The translations under genes were made by a program, and so were the position numbers. A DNA stretch of 64,000 nt from Vicugna vicugna (lineage: Eukaryota): positions 800,545-864,544 of the forward strand of contig MU057416.1 of the NCBI GenBank assembly GCA_013265495.1, read 5' to 3'. Numbering within the stretch: position 1 is the first letter of the stretch; every line of letters starts with the position of its first letter. Positions 13,501-26,460 of this stretch are shown here, in pieces. The notes beneath the pieces were generated by a model. The model did not search any database, had not been told where the DNA came from, and worked only from the letters and a program-made list of their open reading frames with translations.

Positions 13501-14999
13501 GGGGCAGGTCAGAGGCGGACTGGGACTCGGGGACGCCGCTCCCAGCCCAGAACCCGGCTGTCGGCGGAGGCTTTCTGCGTCCGCCATCTCCGTGTGTGCT
13601 CGCCTCCTCCCCTCCTCCCACAGACACGCTTCTACGCAGTGCAGTGGGGCTCGGGGTGGGGGTGCAGCCACAGAGCACCCCATGTTTCTGTTGTTCCATC
13701 TACTGACCCAGAAGTGAAGAGAGAGCTTTTCTCTTTAGGGGTCAATGGAATTGCAGGGAAGGACTCGACTCCTTTGGTCAATGGACAAAGTAAGGCTCAT
13801 GTCTGGGTCACAAGGCCACCCCTCCTGGGGGGAGATCCTGTGACTGACAGCCTGAGAGGAACCCCACGCAGCAGCAAGTGGTGTTACCGACATATAACAG
13901 ACCATCCCAGAACCTAGCGGGCCACAAATATCAGAAGATGATCGCTCCACTGTCTCATTCCTTCGAACTTTGTCTTTCCTATTAGCCTTTTCCCAGTTGC
14001 ACTTTGTTCCCTCTTCCACTAGAGCATGTGTTGTTTGTTAAAACCATGTCTTTAATCAGAATATTAAAAACCTGGAAAATATCACTCTGAGCCTTAAGAT
14101 GCAGGAAAAAAGTGTAAAGTTGAAAGCTGGAGACAGGAGCATCGCACCCTGACGGGGAGGGGCAGTGCCTGACAAACACTTCATGACAATCCCAACGGTA
14201 ACCTACCTGCAAATCGTGCTGGAGTGTACAAAACACACACGTGCGGATCGTCATAACCATCTTTAAGATACATTACTATTATTAACCACATTTTTATGAA
14301 CAACAAATCTGAAGGATAAAATTGTTTTTCCAGGATCATGTGGCAATGAAATGGTGGATCCTGGATTCCACATCCGGCCTTTTGAGTCCATATGTTGCAA
14401 ATGGACTCAAATATGTTCTCACTATACAGCGGTGCTCACTCAGAAAAATTTTACTAGCAAGTAACATTTTTTTCTACCACTCTAAAGTTTTCCCGGTGGC
14501 CACATCCTCACCCAGCGCCCAGTCAGCACCATCTTGAGCAGATAACTCTAGCATCCTCTCCACGCCAGACCAAGTCCCATTCTTTGTAACGTAGCCAAAC
14601 ATATGCTCTCATTTCTTCCACAGTAACAGCCCAGCAGACAGACACACAAGAGGTATACAGGCGCCCTGTGCTCTCACGCCATCTTAGCAATCAGTATCCC
14701 CACAAAACACTTCACCTGCTGTGGCTGCATCAGTCCAAAGTCATTAAGAGATGGAAATTCTGTCTAAGACTAACTAAAGACAAGAATGTTCAGCCACGCG
14801 GTCCTATCTGCGTTCTCTCTGTTGCAATGGCTCATGGTAGTTTCAAGAAAGTGTTTCATGAAAGACTTAAGCCCAGATTCACACTGGCTTGGTGTACGAA
14901 TGTACAGCTCCTACTGATTCTGGACAAGAAAGCCAATTTAATACAAAATTAGGTGCTTGTTTTTCAATAGCACCTTCCCTTCCTACACAACAGTGAATA

Positions 15000-16300
15000 C
15001 AGTCACTGAGGTACTTGAAGACGTGCAGGGGAGCGACGAGGCACGTGGGCCCCAGGCCAGAACCGCCCTGCGGACCCCAGTCCTGCCACAGCGCTCCTGG
15101 CCGAGTGGCCCGAGTGGCCTGGAGCGCGCTCTGCTCCCGCCCTGCCGCTCCCACGAGCTACGAAAGGAGAGCCGATCACAGACCCCGCTTCGCAGGGTCG
15201 CTCTGAGCGCCCGCGAGCTGCGTGAGAGGCACGCGGGGCGGCGCCCGGCGAGGGCCGAAGGCTGCTCGCGGGCGGCCGGTGGGATGTCGAGCAGCCCTGC
15301 CGGTTCCCCGGCGAGGAGACCTGGCAGAAAGGGGGCAGCGCGCCAGCGCCGTCGCCCAGGGTAGGCATCTGCCAGCTCTCAATCCAGGTGTTCTACGTGC
15401 ATCGGCTTTCCTTTTACAGCCTCTTTTAACACAGAAAATATTTTCCATTCATTAGAAGTAAATGTTAAAAATCTAAACCTGTACACAACGTGAGAACCAA
15501 CTCTGTCCACCGGAGTCCACGCCGAGCCCCAGGCAGCGAACAGCCCCCGACGCGCAGCGAGAGGACTCAGCGGCACGCCGCGGCCGAAGGCGCGCTGTCA
15601 ACCCCAGCGGCCGCCTGCGAGGGCCCTGAGGCGCAGGGCTCTGCTGTTTCTGGGATGGTAATTTCATTGTTCCCGCTGTCCTGCATGAGACCCATCCCCT
15701 TCTTCCTCATTTCAGTTAATTTGCTCTGCAGATGGACATGAGCAGAGGTGCACCTAATAAAATGTGAGACATAATAATGGATAACGTACTGCTTGCTCCA
15801 ACCACACAGACGGGAAAGAAACAGTGCACGCAGCGCGCACCAGGCGTCCATCAAGGTGCGGGCTCAAAACCAAGCGTGTTGCAGTGAAGACCGTGGCGTT
15901 CAGAGGCTGGCTTTGCGGTACAGGAAGCAGAACAGGGAAGCCCAGACGACGAGCCACCTCTCCCCTTCCCTTTGATTTTGGTGCTAACGAGACTGTGGAC
16001 GAGGCGCTCCGCGTCCGCCTGCGGCGCTCACCACCCACACGGGCCCTCCGCGCCAGGCCGCCCCTGGGCTGCGCCGGCCCCCCGCCTGCGACGGCGCGGA
16101 CGAGCCGTGCCAACAGCACGGCACCCCGGGGCAGCGCGTGCACCACGTCACGTCGGCAGGCCGCCCAGGGAAGCGCCGGAGGGCCCGGCCAGCACGGGCC
16201 CGCAACAGAGCGCTTCCAAGAGGGGCTCGCGTGCAGACAGCGCCTGATCTCTACACGGTCTGGGGGTGCGGGAGTGGGCGCCACCTCTGAGAGGAGCTAA
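15000..16300. promoter_or_regulatory. CpG-rich region (orphan CpG island-like, patchy)
   Basis: Dense CpG blocks at ~15040-15360, 15500-15640 and 15820-16290, separated by short AT-rich spacers. Confidence 0.55.
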
Positions 16301-16409
16301 CGCTCGGTCACTTCCTCTTCGAGTATTGAGTTAGGCTTCAACCATTAGTTTTCCTTAGAATAGCGGCTTAGTTTTATTTTGTAATAGTAAGCAAGTGATG
16401 TGATTGAGT

Positions 16410-16985
16410 ATCATATGACATCACTTACGAATGAAATGACACCCCTGGCAGCAACACGGATGGACCCGGAAATCGTCATACCAGGTGAAGTCAGACAAAG
16501 ACAAGTACCATTTGATCTTGCTTATCTGTAGAGTCTAAAAAAATGATACAAATCCTATTTACAAACCAAAAACAGACTCACGGACGTAGTCAACAAAGTA
16601 TGGCCACCAAAGGGGAAAGGGCAGGGAAGGATAAATTAGAGGCTGGGGATCAACAGACACACGACCGTATATCAAAGGAACAGGACCTACTGCAGAGCAC
16701 AGGGACCATACACAGTTTCTTACAATAACATATAATGTAAAAGATCTGAAAAGAAAACGCTTATGTGTATCGCTTTGCGGTGCACCTGACACAAATGCAA
16801 ATCCACGAGACTTCAGTAAAAGTAGGAAAAAAAGCACAGGGAACTATATTCAATATCTTGTAGTAACTTACAGTGAAAAAGACTATGAAAAGGAATATGT
16901 GTGTGTCCATGCATGGCTGGAGCACTGTGCTGCACACCAGAAACGGACACAACACGGTACACTGACTGTACTGCAACAAAAATAT
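16410..16985 (+). mobile_element. Two tandem L1 3' UTR fragments (~16410-16832 and ~16833-16985)
   Basis: 'gcagcaacacggatggacccggaaatcgtcatac', 'ggacctactgcagagcacaggga', an A-rich end, then a second 'gcacagggaactatattcaatatcttgtagtaac...ctgcaacaaaaa'. Confidence 0.85.
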
Positions 16986-17497
16986 ATATACACAAAAACC
17001 AAGAAAGTTGGCCTAGATACCTACAGCCTAAGAATGCACCTGAATTGACCAAAATACCCTTTAGCAACATTCAGCCTCTCCCCTCATTTGCGTATTTATT
17101 CTCTTATCTGTTTGCCAAGAACTTGCAGTCACTGTGCGAGGCACCAGAGACAGAAAATCCGTTTTTCTCCACGGGGCTCACTGACCAGTAAAGGGCGTGA
17201 GAATTCAGGGAGCTCCAGCACACAGTTCCTGAATGGACCACGTGCCCCCAAGCACGTCTCTGAGGGAATGACCGCCTGTAATTGGTTAAGACAGCTTTAC
17301 GTCTGAGAGAACGTAGACCGGATGGAGCTGAGGGAGGAGAGACTGCCTCGGCCCCCAGGAATGTGGGACGGGGTCAGGGAAGGGATGATGTGAGCAGTGG
17401 GTCATGAAGACACAGTGCAGCTTTGATGGAGCAGCACTGGGAAGCCCTGGACCAGACAAATGCGAGAGATGCCCCAGCCAAAAACGCTCAAAGGCCA

Positions 17498-18381
17498 GAC
17501 AGGCACATGAAAAGATGCTCAGCATCACTATCTATCAGAGAACTGCAAATCAAAACTACAGTGAGGTATCACCTCATACAGGTCAGAATGGCCATCATTA
17601 AAAAGTCTACAAACAACAAATGCTGGAGAGGCTGTGGAGAAAAGGGAGCCCTCCTACCCTGCTGGTGGGAATGTAAATTGGTGCAGCCACTATGAAGCAC
17701 AGTATGCAGGTTCCTTGAAAAACTAAAAATAAACTTACATATGATTCAGCAATCCCACTGCTGGGCATATATCCAGAGAGAACTCTTAATTCAAAAAGAC
17801 ACCTGCACCCCCAATGCTCACAGCAGCACTATATACAATAGCCAAGACAGGGAAACAACCTAAATGTCCAACGACAGATGACTGGATAAAGAAGATGTGG
17901 TGTTATTTATACAATGGAATGCTACTCTGCCATGAAAAAGAATAAAATTATGCCATTTGCACCAACATGGATGGACCTAGAGATTATCACACTAAGTGAA
18001 GTCAGACAAAGACTAATATTATATATCACTTATATGTGGAACCTAAAAAAAATGACACAAATGAACTTGTTTACAAAACAGAAAGAGACTCACAGACATA
18101 GAAAACAAATTTACGGTTACTAGTGGGAAAAGGAAGGAGGGAGGGATAAACTGGGAGTCTGGGATTAGCAGACGCAAATTGCTCTGTATGGAATAGATAA
18201 ACAACAAGGTCCTACTGTAGGGCACAGAGAAATATATTCAATGGCTCTTAGTAACCTGTAATGAGAAAGAATATGAAAAAGAATATGCATATATAAGTGT
18301 AACTGAATCCTTATGCAGTACAACGGAAACTAATCCAACATTGTAAATCAAATCTACTTCAGTTAAAAGCACACACACACA
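17498..18381 (+). mobile_element. 5'-truncated L1 (ORF2 end plus 3' UTR) with target-site duplication
   Basis: ORF2 peptide '[24 protein letters not shown]...[25 protein letters not shown]'. 'ctcaaaggcca' is duplicated at 17487-17497 and 18382-18392. Confidence 0.95.
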
Positions 18382-19112
18382 CTCAAAGGCCAAACTGAAG
18401 CAAAGCACGTGGAACAAAGCAGCTGAAATCAGAAGGAAGAAATCTCCTTCCACAAGTGTTACTTCATTCTTCCAGATGGAGACATGTCTCTGACAGAGCA
18501 GCACCTGCTCAGGCTGTCTCTGGGGACGAGCGGAAGACAGACATGTCTGGAAAACCCGAATGTGAGGAGGTGTCAGGTACGAGCATCAGGCTGGAGGCCC
18601 AACGCGGTAAACAGCATCCGATGGAGCCATGCGAGCTGCTGTGTGGATGAGAGGCCTCGCAGCAACGTGGTAAGACCAGGGAGGACGCTGGCAGCGGCAC
18701 CCGCCTGTTTCTCACATGCTTAGTGGTGAATCTGGGGATGGGAAGTGCAGCCTCTGAAGGCTGAGGGCTGACAGGCCAGGCAGCATGTTGTCTCCTGTGG
18801 TGACACCACGATCAGAGCTGACCTCAAGTTCAGACAACAAAGCAGAAGGACGTGGACCCCGTGACCAGAAGCAGTTAATGCCGATCAGGCCTGCGGGGCA
18901 GAGCTGGCAGTAACAGGGCAACACGGGGCTGCAGGGTGCAGAGCTGGCAGTCCTGGGTCTGGGGGCACTGGTGGCGCCGCAGCACAGTGAGTGGAAGTCA
19001 TGGTGTGAAGACCATCAGTTCTTGCCTTCGCACGTACAGCATTGCCCCCTTCCCAGAACCCTCCCGCTTCCTGGGCCTGAGCAGACTGGAAGGTGGTCAC
19101 TGTAAAACCGAA

Positions 19113-19553
19113 TGCGGTGGGCCGAATGGTGGTCCCCCAAATACATGTCTACTTGGAGCCTTTAAACGTGGACCTTACTGGAAAAAAAGCGTCTTTGCAG
19201 ATGTTATGAAGAACCTCAAGATAGGATGGTCCTGGAGTAGGGCGGGCACCGAATCCCAGGACAGCTGGCCTTGGCGGGGAAGGAAGGGAGGCACACGGGG
19301 AGGACACGTGAAGACGGAGGCAGAGGGTGGAGGGGTGGACCTGCAAGCCCAGGAGCGCCGGGGGTGCCCAGCGGTCACCGGGCGCTGAGTGGCGGGCAAG
19401 GAACACTCTCCCTCGGAGCCCCCACAGGAACCACCCCTGCAGACACCTCGATTTTGGACTTCTGGCCTCTAGAACCAAGAAAAAATAAATTTCTGTTGCT
19501 TTAAGTCACCCGCTTCCATTTTTTTTTCACAGCAGCCACAGAAAACGAACACA
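19113..19553 (+). mobile_element. MaLR solo LTR (MLT1B/C-like)
   Basis: Starts TG ('tgcggtgggccgaatggtggtccccc') and ends CA ('gcagccacagaaaacgaacaca'). Internal 'gtctttgcagatgt', 'gtgaagacggaggcagag', 'ttttggacttctggcctctagaac...aataaatttctgttgctttaag'. Confidence 0.85.
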
Positions 19554-20729
19554 GTGGGCGCGGTCTGAAGAGGGAGTTAGAACTCCCCAGTGGGGAAGTC
19601 ACAGGTACACTCGGCATCTGGGGGTGTCAGGACTGCAACCTGACTTGTTGTAAAAGGCAAATGCAGATTTTAATTTGAGGACATAATCAAAAGACGAAAA
19701 TAGCAGATGAACTGTTTGCCACTCTGGAAGACAGTTTTCTCCGTGTGCATTAGAAGAAAATGCTGCAGTGGGTCCCTTTTGATTTTCCAGAAGTTCTGGC
19801 TGAAGTTAAAATCCAGTCTCCAGGGACAGAGACAGAAACAGGAAGAAACCGTGGGTCCCACGAGCGCCGGAGACAGGCAAAGCAGGGTCCTTCCGTGACA
19901 AGGCTGCCCTCAATTTTACTTCCACATTTATAATGACGCTCATTGCCCTTTCCACTTGTGACATTCCTGTTTGCCACTAATTGACCAAATTAATCAGTGG
20001 GACGAGAAATAACTGCTCACTAGCTGTCAAGCAAACCTCGTCACTTTGTGACTTCCAGGGGCTCAAAGCCACTCAATTCAGTCAGCCTCACTGCTTTGCA
20101 TATGGCGCTCCACAGCCATTTGGAAAACTTCATGTTTTGTTTTTCCTTTTTCCCCATTAGACCATGACACATCTTAATAAATATGCTAAATAGATACAGA
20201 ACCAAGAATGGTTTAAAAAAAAAGTGCTGCTTTTGAAGGATTCTTTCTCATCTACTTCAAAATTATCCAACTACAAAAGTTCTCCCCTCTCTGAGTGCCC
20301 TTTTCATGTCTGGAGGAAAAACCAGATTTTCTGGTTGTCCAGAAAGATCAGTAGCTAATTACAGTCAGCTCTCACCTCTCCTCGCTGACGGGGGGAAGCA
20401 CTGATGCGGGCAGTCCCCACGTGGCAAGTCTGCCGTTCGCTTTCAGCAGGAAAACACACCAGACATTGGTCTTCAAGGCTTTTCTCACAGTTCTTTGAGG
20501 AAACTCGCCATCACATCAGGTTGAATTTTACACTGTCTGAAGGTCACATGGGTATGTTTCCAGGACCCACAGGACTGACCATCCCCGGTGCTAGAATTCA
20601 AATGTAACTGACATTTCTTAGCAGATACTGGTGGAAAAAAATAAATGGGAGGGACTCAGAGGGCTCCTGGCGCCGGGTCACAAAGCTCGGAACCTGCACC
20701 TGGACCACTGGTGGGAACTAAAGACAACT

Positions 20730-20950
20730 GCAGTCGCAGCTCCTGTCACGGAGCACCTGCTCCATGCCGGGGGTGTCCCTTCACTGCTGCAAATCCTGGT
20801 GACAATCCTGCAAGGTGTTATTATCTTCATTTCACAAACAAGGAACTGAGTCCTGCAGGCGGCATGTGACGGACTTCGCGCTGCCTGGACGGTAACTAAC
20901 CAAGGTTAGGTTCAAACTGGACCTGACTCCACACTCGGGCTGCTGGGGTC
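20730..20950 (-). mobile_element. MIR fragment
   Basis: 'gagcacctgctccatgcc...ttattatcttcatttcacaaacaaggaactgag...ggttcaaac' is antisense MIR. Confidence 0.55.
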
Positions 20951-21289
20951 CTTTCCTGTTTACTGTTAAAACTGCAGGTGTCTGGTGCACGTCCTCGCTA
21001 AATCACCTCACAAGCCTAGATTCCGGATGGATAAAAATGCACTGACAGCTCTCTAAAGAGCAGAATTTATTGTATGGCAGGTGGGACTCAAGGGTTTAGT
21101 TACTGAAATTTTAAAAGAGCCTAAAAAAGTTCAAGGTCGTTTTATTCAGAAGGCAATGGCTGTAAAAGGACAGCGAAAGGCCCATTAAACCAAGGCTCTG
21201 GCGAACGACAGGGTCATGATCTTGGTTCTGCGTTAACTCTGCCCACCACCGGGCTGAGCTCTAAATCAGGATTCTCACCAGACCCAGAC

Positions 21290-21545
21290 CCAGCAAACAG
21301 ACCTGTGGTTACCAGGGGAAGGAGGGGCGGGAGGGCCGGACTGGGAGTCTGGGATTTGCAGGTGCTGACTCTGTGTATGAAATTAATAAACACAAGGTCC
21401 TGCTGTCGAGCACAGGGAACTGTGTTCAGTATCTTGCAATAACATACACTGAAAAAGAATATGAAAACAAGAATAAATGAATCACTGTGCTGTACACCAG
21501 AAACTAACACCACATTGTAAATCGACTATACTTCAGTTAAAATTT
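21290..21545 (+). mobile_element. L1 3' UTR fragment
   Basis: 'gtggttaccagggg...gagcacagggaactgtgttcagtatcttgc...cacattgtaaatcgactatacttcagttaaaa'. Confidence 0.9.
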
Positions 21546-22029
21546 TTTTAGTTTTTTAAGAAATTTAAAATTCTCATCAAGTTTAATTCTTGTCTTCCAA
21601 CTTTATAAATAACTGTTTTCTAGAAATGAGCTTTTCTTTCAAAATGATGTTAAAAGTGGATATGCTAGGGGGGGAAAGTTAAACACAGGAATCCTCACTA
21701 AAGAGAAATTACACTTCTGCAAAATAAAAATGATGATGAAGACATGTGATAAATGTTTTTTGTATTCCCCAGTAACCTCATTATCCTTGAATTTCATGCC
21801 ACGATGGTGATGATTAAACTATTATCAGTAAACACCATGCATGTCCACACATGCGGACTGAGTGAGGTTCTGCCCAAGTGCTGGAATACGGAAACTATGA
21901 ATAATCTCAGACCACATTCTAACGGAGGAGACACACAGCTACTACCCGAAGTCCAGTCTCTGTTGACAGCATCTCCATCCCCAGTGCCCCTGAAGCAGAA
22001 CCCAGAGTGACAGACGCCTTTATCTCTGA

Positions 22030-22760
22030 GACCTCTGCCTTCGGTCATTCTCAATGACTTGATCATTTTACTTCCTAATTTTTTTCAGTTCCACCCCCTC
22101 CTTCCCACCCGACTCTCACCGCCTTTGGCCAGGCCGGTATCACCTCTCATCTGGACTTTCAGTGGCCAGCCTGCCACCCAGTCTTCCCCTCTCTAACAGA
22201 AGGTTATTCTCATATTTTCCCCCATAGATTTGCATGTCCAGGTTGAAAATCCAACCCTGTGATTCTCATACTTTCAGTCAATGAATGTCTTTGTGATACA
22301 AATGGGATTTAGTGGCAAAAAGAAGATCAGCTCCTGGATTTTCCATGAATTAAATGTGCGAACTCGGGTTTCAGTTCTCCTCTCCGAGCCTTCTTCATGA
22401 CACGTGAACCTGTAAACGGCCAGCAACAACCTCGGGGATGAGCGAGACTGTTACGACTGAAACAGAAGTCATAGTGATCACCCACACCCACACTCAAAAA
22501 CTCTAAACACTCAATAATTAACCATCCTTACTTCAAGCTCTTAGATTTGCACACACAAGCCCTCCGTGACTCGGCCCTGCTCCTGCTCTGTAATCTCATC
22601 CCCAACATCTCTCTGCCTGGCACTCCGTGCTCTGGCAACATGTGAACATTTGTAGTCACCAGAAAGACAGAGCCGATCGCTTAGCTTGGAACGTCCTTCC
22701 TTCCTCGGGGAGCAGCCAGCACAGAGCCACCTCACCTGAGGTCACAGTGCTCCTTAAGCA
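22030..22760 (+). mobile_element. L2 fragments (interrupted)
   Basis: 'ccaggccggtatcacctctcatctggact' and 'gccctccgtgactcggccctgc...ctccgtgctctggcaaca...cttggaacgtccttcc' resemble L2 body sequence. Confidence 0.5.
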
Positions 22761-23089
22761 ACCGACAGCCTGAGCCTAGCCAGGTGGGAGTATAAAAGCC
22801 CAGCCATTTTGGCCCCAATCCTGTTGGACACAAGTTGTCCTAAAATTGGCTGGAACCGGAATCAGAATCGTTTTAAGATGAAAATGCTCCATCTGAGATC
22901 AAGCCCAATTACGGCCAGAGGGCATGAGCAATTAGTCCAGCCACCCAGGTCACAGGCCAGCGCTGGGCCAGCGCCCCTCCCCGAGTGCACACCAACGGCC
23001 ACGCGGGGGGCCCGTCAGACCAGCCAACGGAGGGAGGAAGAAAAGCAACCGCTGTTCACCTGCTGATTGGCCAAGGATGTGAGTAAAAG

Positions 23090-23710
23090 CCAAAGCAGAT
23101 GATGACTCCATTCCAGCCATACTCATGGCTGGAGAGGGGAGATCGCAGTGGGTGGGACAGAAAGTGGTGCACGTGGTCGTCCCTGCCGTGTCCGTGCTGT
23201 GTGGATGGAAGAGTGGACCGGTGCTAGTGCACCGGCCGATTCTGGGCAGTGGCTGAGGGTCTGACTGTCTGGGGACACAGAAGGAAGAAATGGAAGACAT
23301 GCTAGTGGTACACGGAAATGAATCAAAGGGTGAAGATTTCTGTACCACATCCCACTGTCCCCCAGAAACCAAACACCAGGGAAGAGGCGCTAAATAGCCA
23401 GGAATACGACTCATCCTGTGGCTACCAGCCAGTCGTCATCATTGGCCACCCCGAGACTGACCGGCACAACCTGTCGGGAGAAATGGAGGCTCTGCACGCG
23501 TCCAACAGCATGGACGTCTTCTTCCTAAAACTGATCTGTCTGCTGCCACCTCTGAACAGCCACCCTGGCAATCACGCATCCCCAATATGACACTCTTTCT
23601 TAAGAAGGTCAGCCGGCCTGCTGGCCAGCTGGCTACACTGGGCCCCTGCATCCTGACAGGGCTAGTGGTTAGTACTCCTAGGGACAGGTACCTCTTCTGC
23701 GTATGGCGTT
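23090..23710 (+). mobile_element. ERVL internal relic: pol integrase N-terminal region, frameshifted and with stops
   Basis: 23476-23571 translates GRNGGSARVQQHGRLLPKTDLSAATSEQPPWQ, close to the remembered ERVL integrase GRDGGYAWAQQHGLPLTKADLATATAECPICQ. After a frameshift comes PQYDTLS*EGQPACWPAGYTGPL (ERVL PRYGTIPRGDQPATWWQVDYIGPL). Confidence 0.8.
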
Positions 23711-24268
23711 GCCTATTCTGCTCAGAGAGCCTCGGCCAGCATCAGTTGAATGCTTACAGGGCTCCTGATGCCCTGCCGTGGAATCCCAGGCAGCGCACCA
23801 CCTAGCAGGGGGGTCACCGCACAGTGAAGAAAAGGAGTAGACTCAAGACCCCGGGATCGAAGGTCAGATCACTGCCGGCGCTTCCAGAAGCAGCCGGCCT
23901 CACAGGGTCCAGGAGCTGTCCTGAGAATGGGGCTGAAGTGCCAGCTTAAGGCAATACTCTGTAGGAACACACACTGCGTTAGAGAAACTCAACATGGTGC
24001 TGCTTCTCATAGGCAGGAGCCAGGATCAGGGAACCAAGGAGCAGAAGCAGGAGTGGCCTCAGTTATCATCGGTCCTGATGCCCCACAGAGGGACTTTACG
24101 CTCCTCACACCCAACCCCTAGGTTAGAAGTCCTGGTTCCCAAAGGAACAGGCTCTTGCCAGCGCTCACACCAGGGGTCGCACTGAGCTACACACCCTGGC
24201 TGCCCCCCGCGCCTTCGGGCTTGCTGCCCGCAGAGGCCCGCGGGCACGGAGAGGAGCCAGCACTGCAG

Positions 24269-25053
24269 CAGGGACGTCTGATTTTTTTTTAACAGTTTTT
24301 TATTGAGTTATAGTCATAGTACAATGTTGTGTCAAGTTCCAGTGTAGAGCACAATTTTTCAGTTATACATGAATATATATATATATTCATTGTCACATTT
24401 TTTTTCATTGTGAGCTACCACAAGATCTTGTATATATTTCCCTGTGCTGTACGGTATAATCTTATCTATTCTGCATATGCCAGTCAGTATCTACAAATTT
24501 TGCAATCCCAGTCTATCCCTTCCCAGCCCCCGCCCCTCTGGCAACCACAAATGGCAAATGCTGGAGCAGCTGTGGAGAAAAGGGAACCCTCCTACACTGC
24601 TGGTGGGAATGCAGTTTGGTGTAGCCACTGTGGAAAACAGTATGGAGATTCCTCAAAAGACTAGGAACAGACTTACCGTATGACCCAGGAATCCAGCTCC
24701 TGGGCATATATCCAGAAGGAACCCTACTTGAAAAAGACACCTGCACCCCAATGTTCATAGCAGCACTATTTACAATAGCCAAGACATGGAAACAGCTTAA
24801 ATGTCCAACAACAGATGACTGGATAAAGATGTGGTATATTTATACAATGGAATACTATTCAGCCATAAAAATGACAACATATCACCATTTGCAGCAACAT
24901 GGATGCTCCTGGAGAATGTCATTCTAAGTGAAGTAAGCCAGAAAGAGAAAGAAGAATACCGTATGAGATCACTCGTATGTGGAATCTAAAAAAAAAAGAA
25001 AAAAAAGAACATAAATGCAAAACAGAAACAGACTCACAGGGATGTTTGATTTT
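24269..25053 (-). mobile_element. 5'-inverted (twin-primed) young L1 with 17-bp TSD
   Basis: Antisense 3' tail ~24286-24550 joined to a sense ORF2-end/UTR segment ~24551-25036. TSD cagggacgtctgatttt (24269-24285) / cagggatgtttgatttt (25037-25053). Confidence 0.92.
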
Positions 25054-25499
25054 GATCATCAGAACACAGCGCTTCTTGCACACAGTGGGAGCCGTGAAGA
25101 ACACAGGTGGAACCCAGTGACCCACGTGGTTCATGCAGCATGACCCACTCCCCTGCCCAGCTAGAACTGAGAATGTGCAGCAGCCCTGACTTAAGAAGGC
25201 TGTGAAGCCCGGGGGCTCAGCCCCTCAGGAACGGGGGTGAGGGTTACACCATCAACTAAAGCCCCGAGACCTGCAGCGGTGACGGCCGAGCTGCAGGAGC
25301 TGCAGGATGGCTGGTGGAAGGGGAGCTGAGGACCAGCAACCCCAGCCCTGAGCCCAGCGGCCATGGCCGGGGCTGCGCTCCTTCATTCTAGCCTCCCTCC
25401 CGGGCCCCCCCTCAGGGAGAGGCCCTTGGGCACCATGGACGTGCTCCTCTGCTGGGGGGCGGGGGGGCTGTATGAGGGAGGCAGCCACGGGGCAGCAGC

Positions 25500-25925
25500 T
25501 CGGCTCTCCCTTCAAGAGGGATTTTGCTACAAGGAGAGACACTCATTAACTCACAGCGCGGCCCCTTCACCCTGAAGCCCCGCTCCCCTGGGGCTGCTCC
25601 CAGCTGGTGCCGGATGACCGAGCACAGTGGTGGCTGGGCAGGGAGGGTGGGATCCTGGCCACTTCTGCCCCCTATTGGGACTCTGAGACTCTTGCAAGTA
25701 CTAGCCAAGCCGGCCCCCAAGCTGCCCTGCAGTTGCAGCTCCCCCAGCTCTACCCTTCTTCTTCCCTCTTGACTCCCACAAGCACCAGGCTTGCAACAAG
25801 CCCTGAGACTCCTCTCCGTAACTCCTGCTTCCTCTGCTCTTTGTCCCTCACAGGAATTTCCCTCCACAAAGCCCTCGCACATCTACTTCTAATGCGGCCC
25901 CTGCTTTCTGGAGGAGTCAGCAAGT
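25500..25925 (+). mobile_element. ERVL LTR (LTR16-like)
   Basis: 3' end 'tccctcacaggaatttccctccacaaagccctcgcacatctacttctaatgcggcccctgctttctggagga' resembles LTR16 termini (from memory). Confidence 0.55.
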
Positions 25926-26019
25926 GTAATCCATTTCATCTACTTCTCATTTCTGGGTCTTCCAATGTGCTCTTACCTCCCCAGACACCTCCCTCCCTCC
26001 ACCTGGCTGGCTTTGACCT

Positions 26020-26340
26020 TGACCGCTTTGACTACAGACAACAGGTATCAGCACAGGTATCACTTCCTTCAATAAACCTTCCCTGATGTCTCCACTGCCA
26101 CCAAAATCTACGTTGGATGCTGCTGCTAGAAGTCCCAGAGCAGCATGGACACTCCGTCAAGCCCCCAGCCCTCTGACGTGACATTTCTGTTTTTTGTCTG
26201 CAACCCTCCTCAAACTATAAAATTCGTAACAGAAGGGTCTGTATTATTTTTTCACCATCGTATATTTAGCCCTATCACAGTGCTTCACAGTACTTAGCAT
26301 GTTTTAGGGACTCAATGAAGATCTGCTGAGTGAATAACTA
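26020..26340 (+). mobile_element. L2 3' fragment
   Basis: 'tcacttccttcaataaaccttccctga...ttcaccatcgtatatttagccctatcacagtgc...actcaatgaagatctgctgagtgaataa'. Confidence 0.65.
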
Positions 26341-26460
26341 GACACAAAGCAAGAGAATGAAAACCATGGAAACTAATCAAGGCAGGACCCAGGGAGGAAG
26401 GGCCCAGGTAGAACTTAGAAGAATCCCACTGAATTAAGAACACTCTTCAGACCTTTTTAA

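Noticed and set aside
14879..16300. ORFs of 120-176 aa
   Set aside because: Same GC-rich artefact; no recognisable domain.
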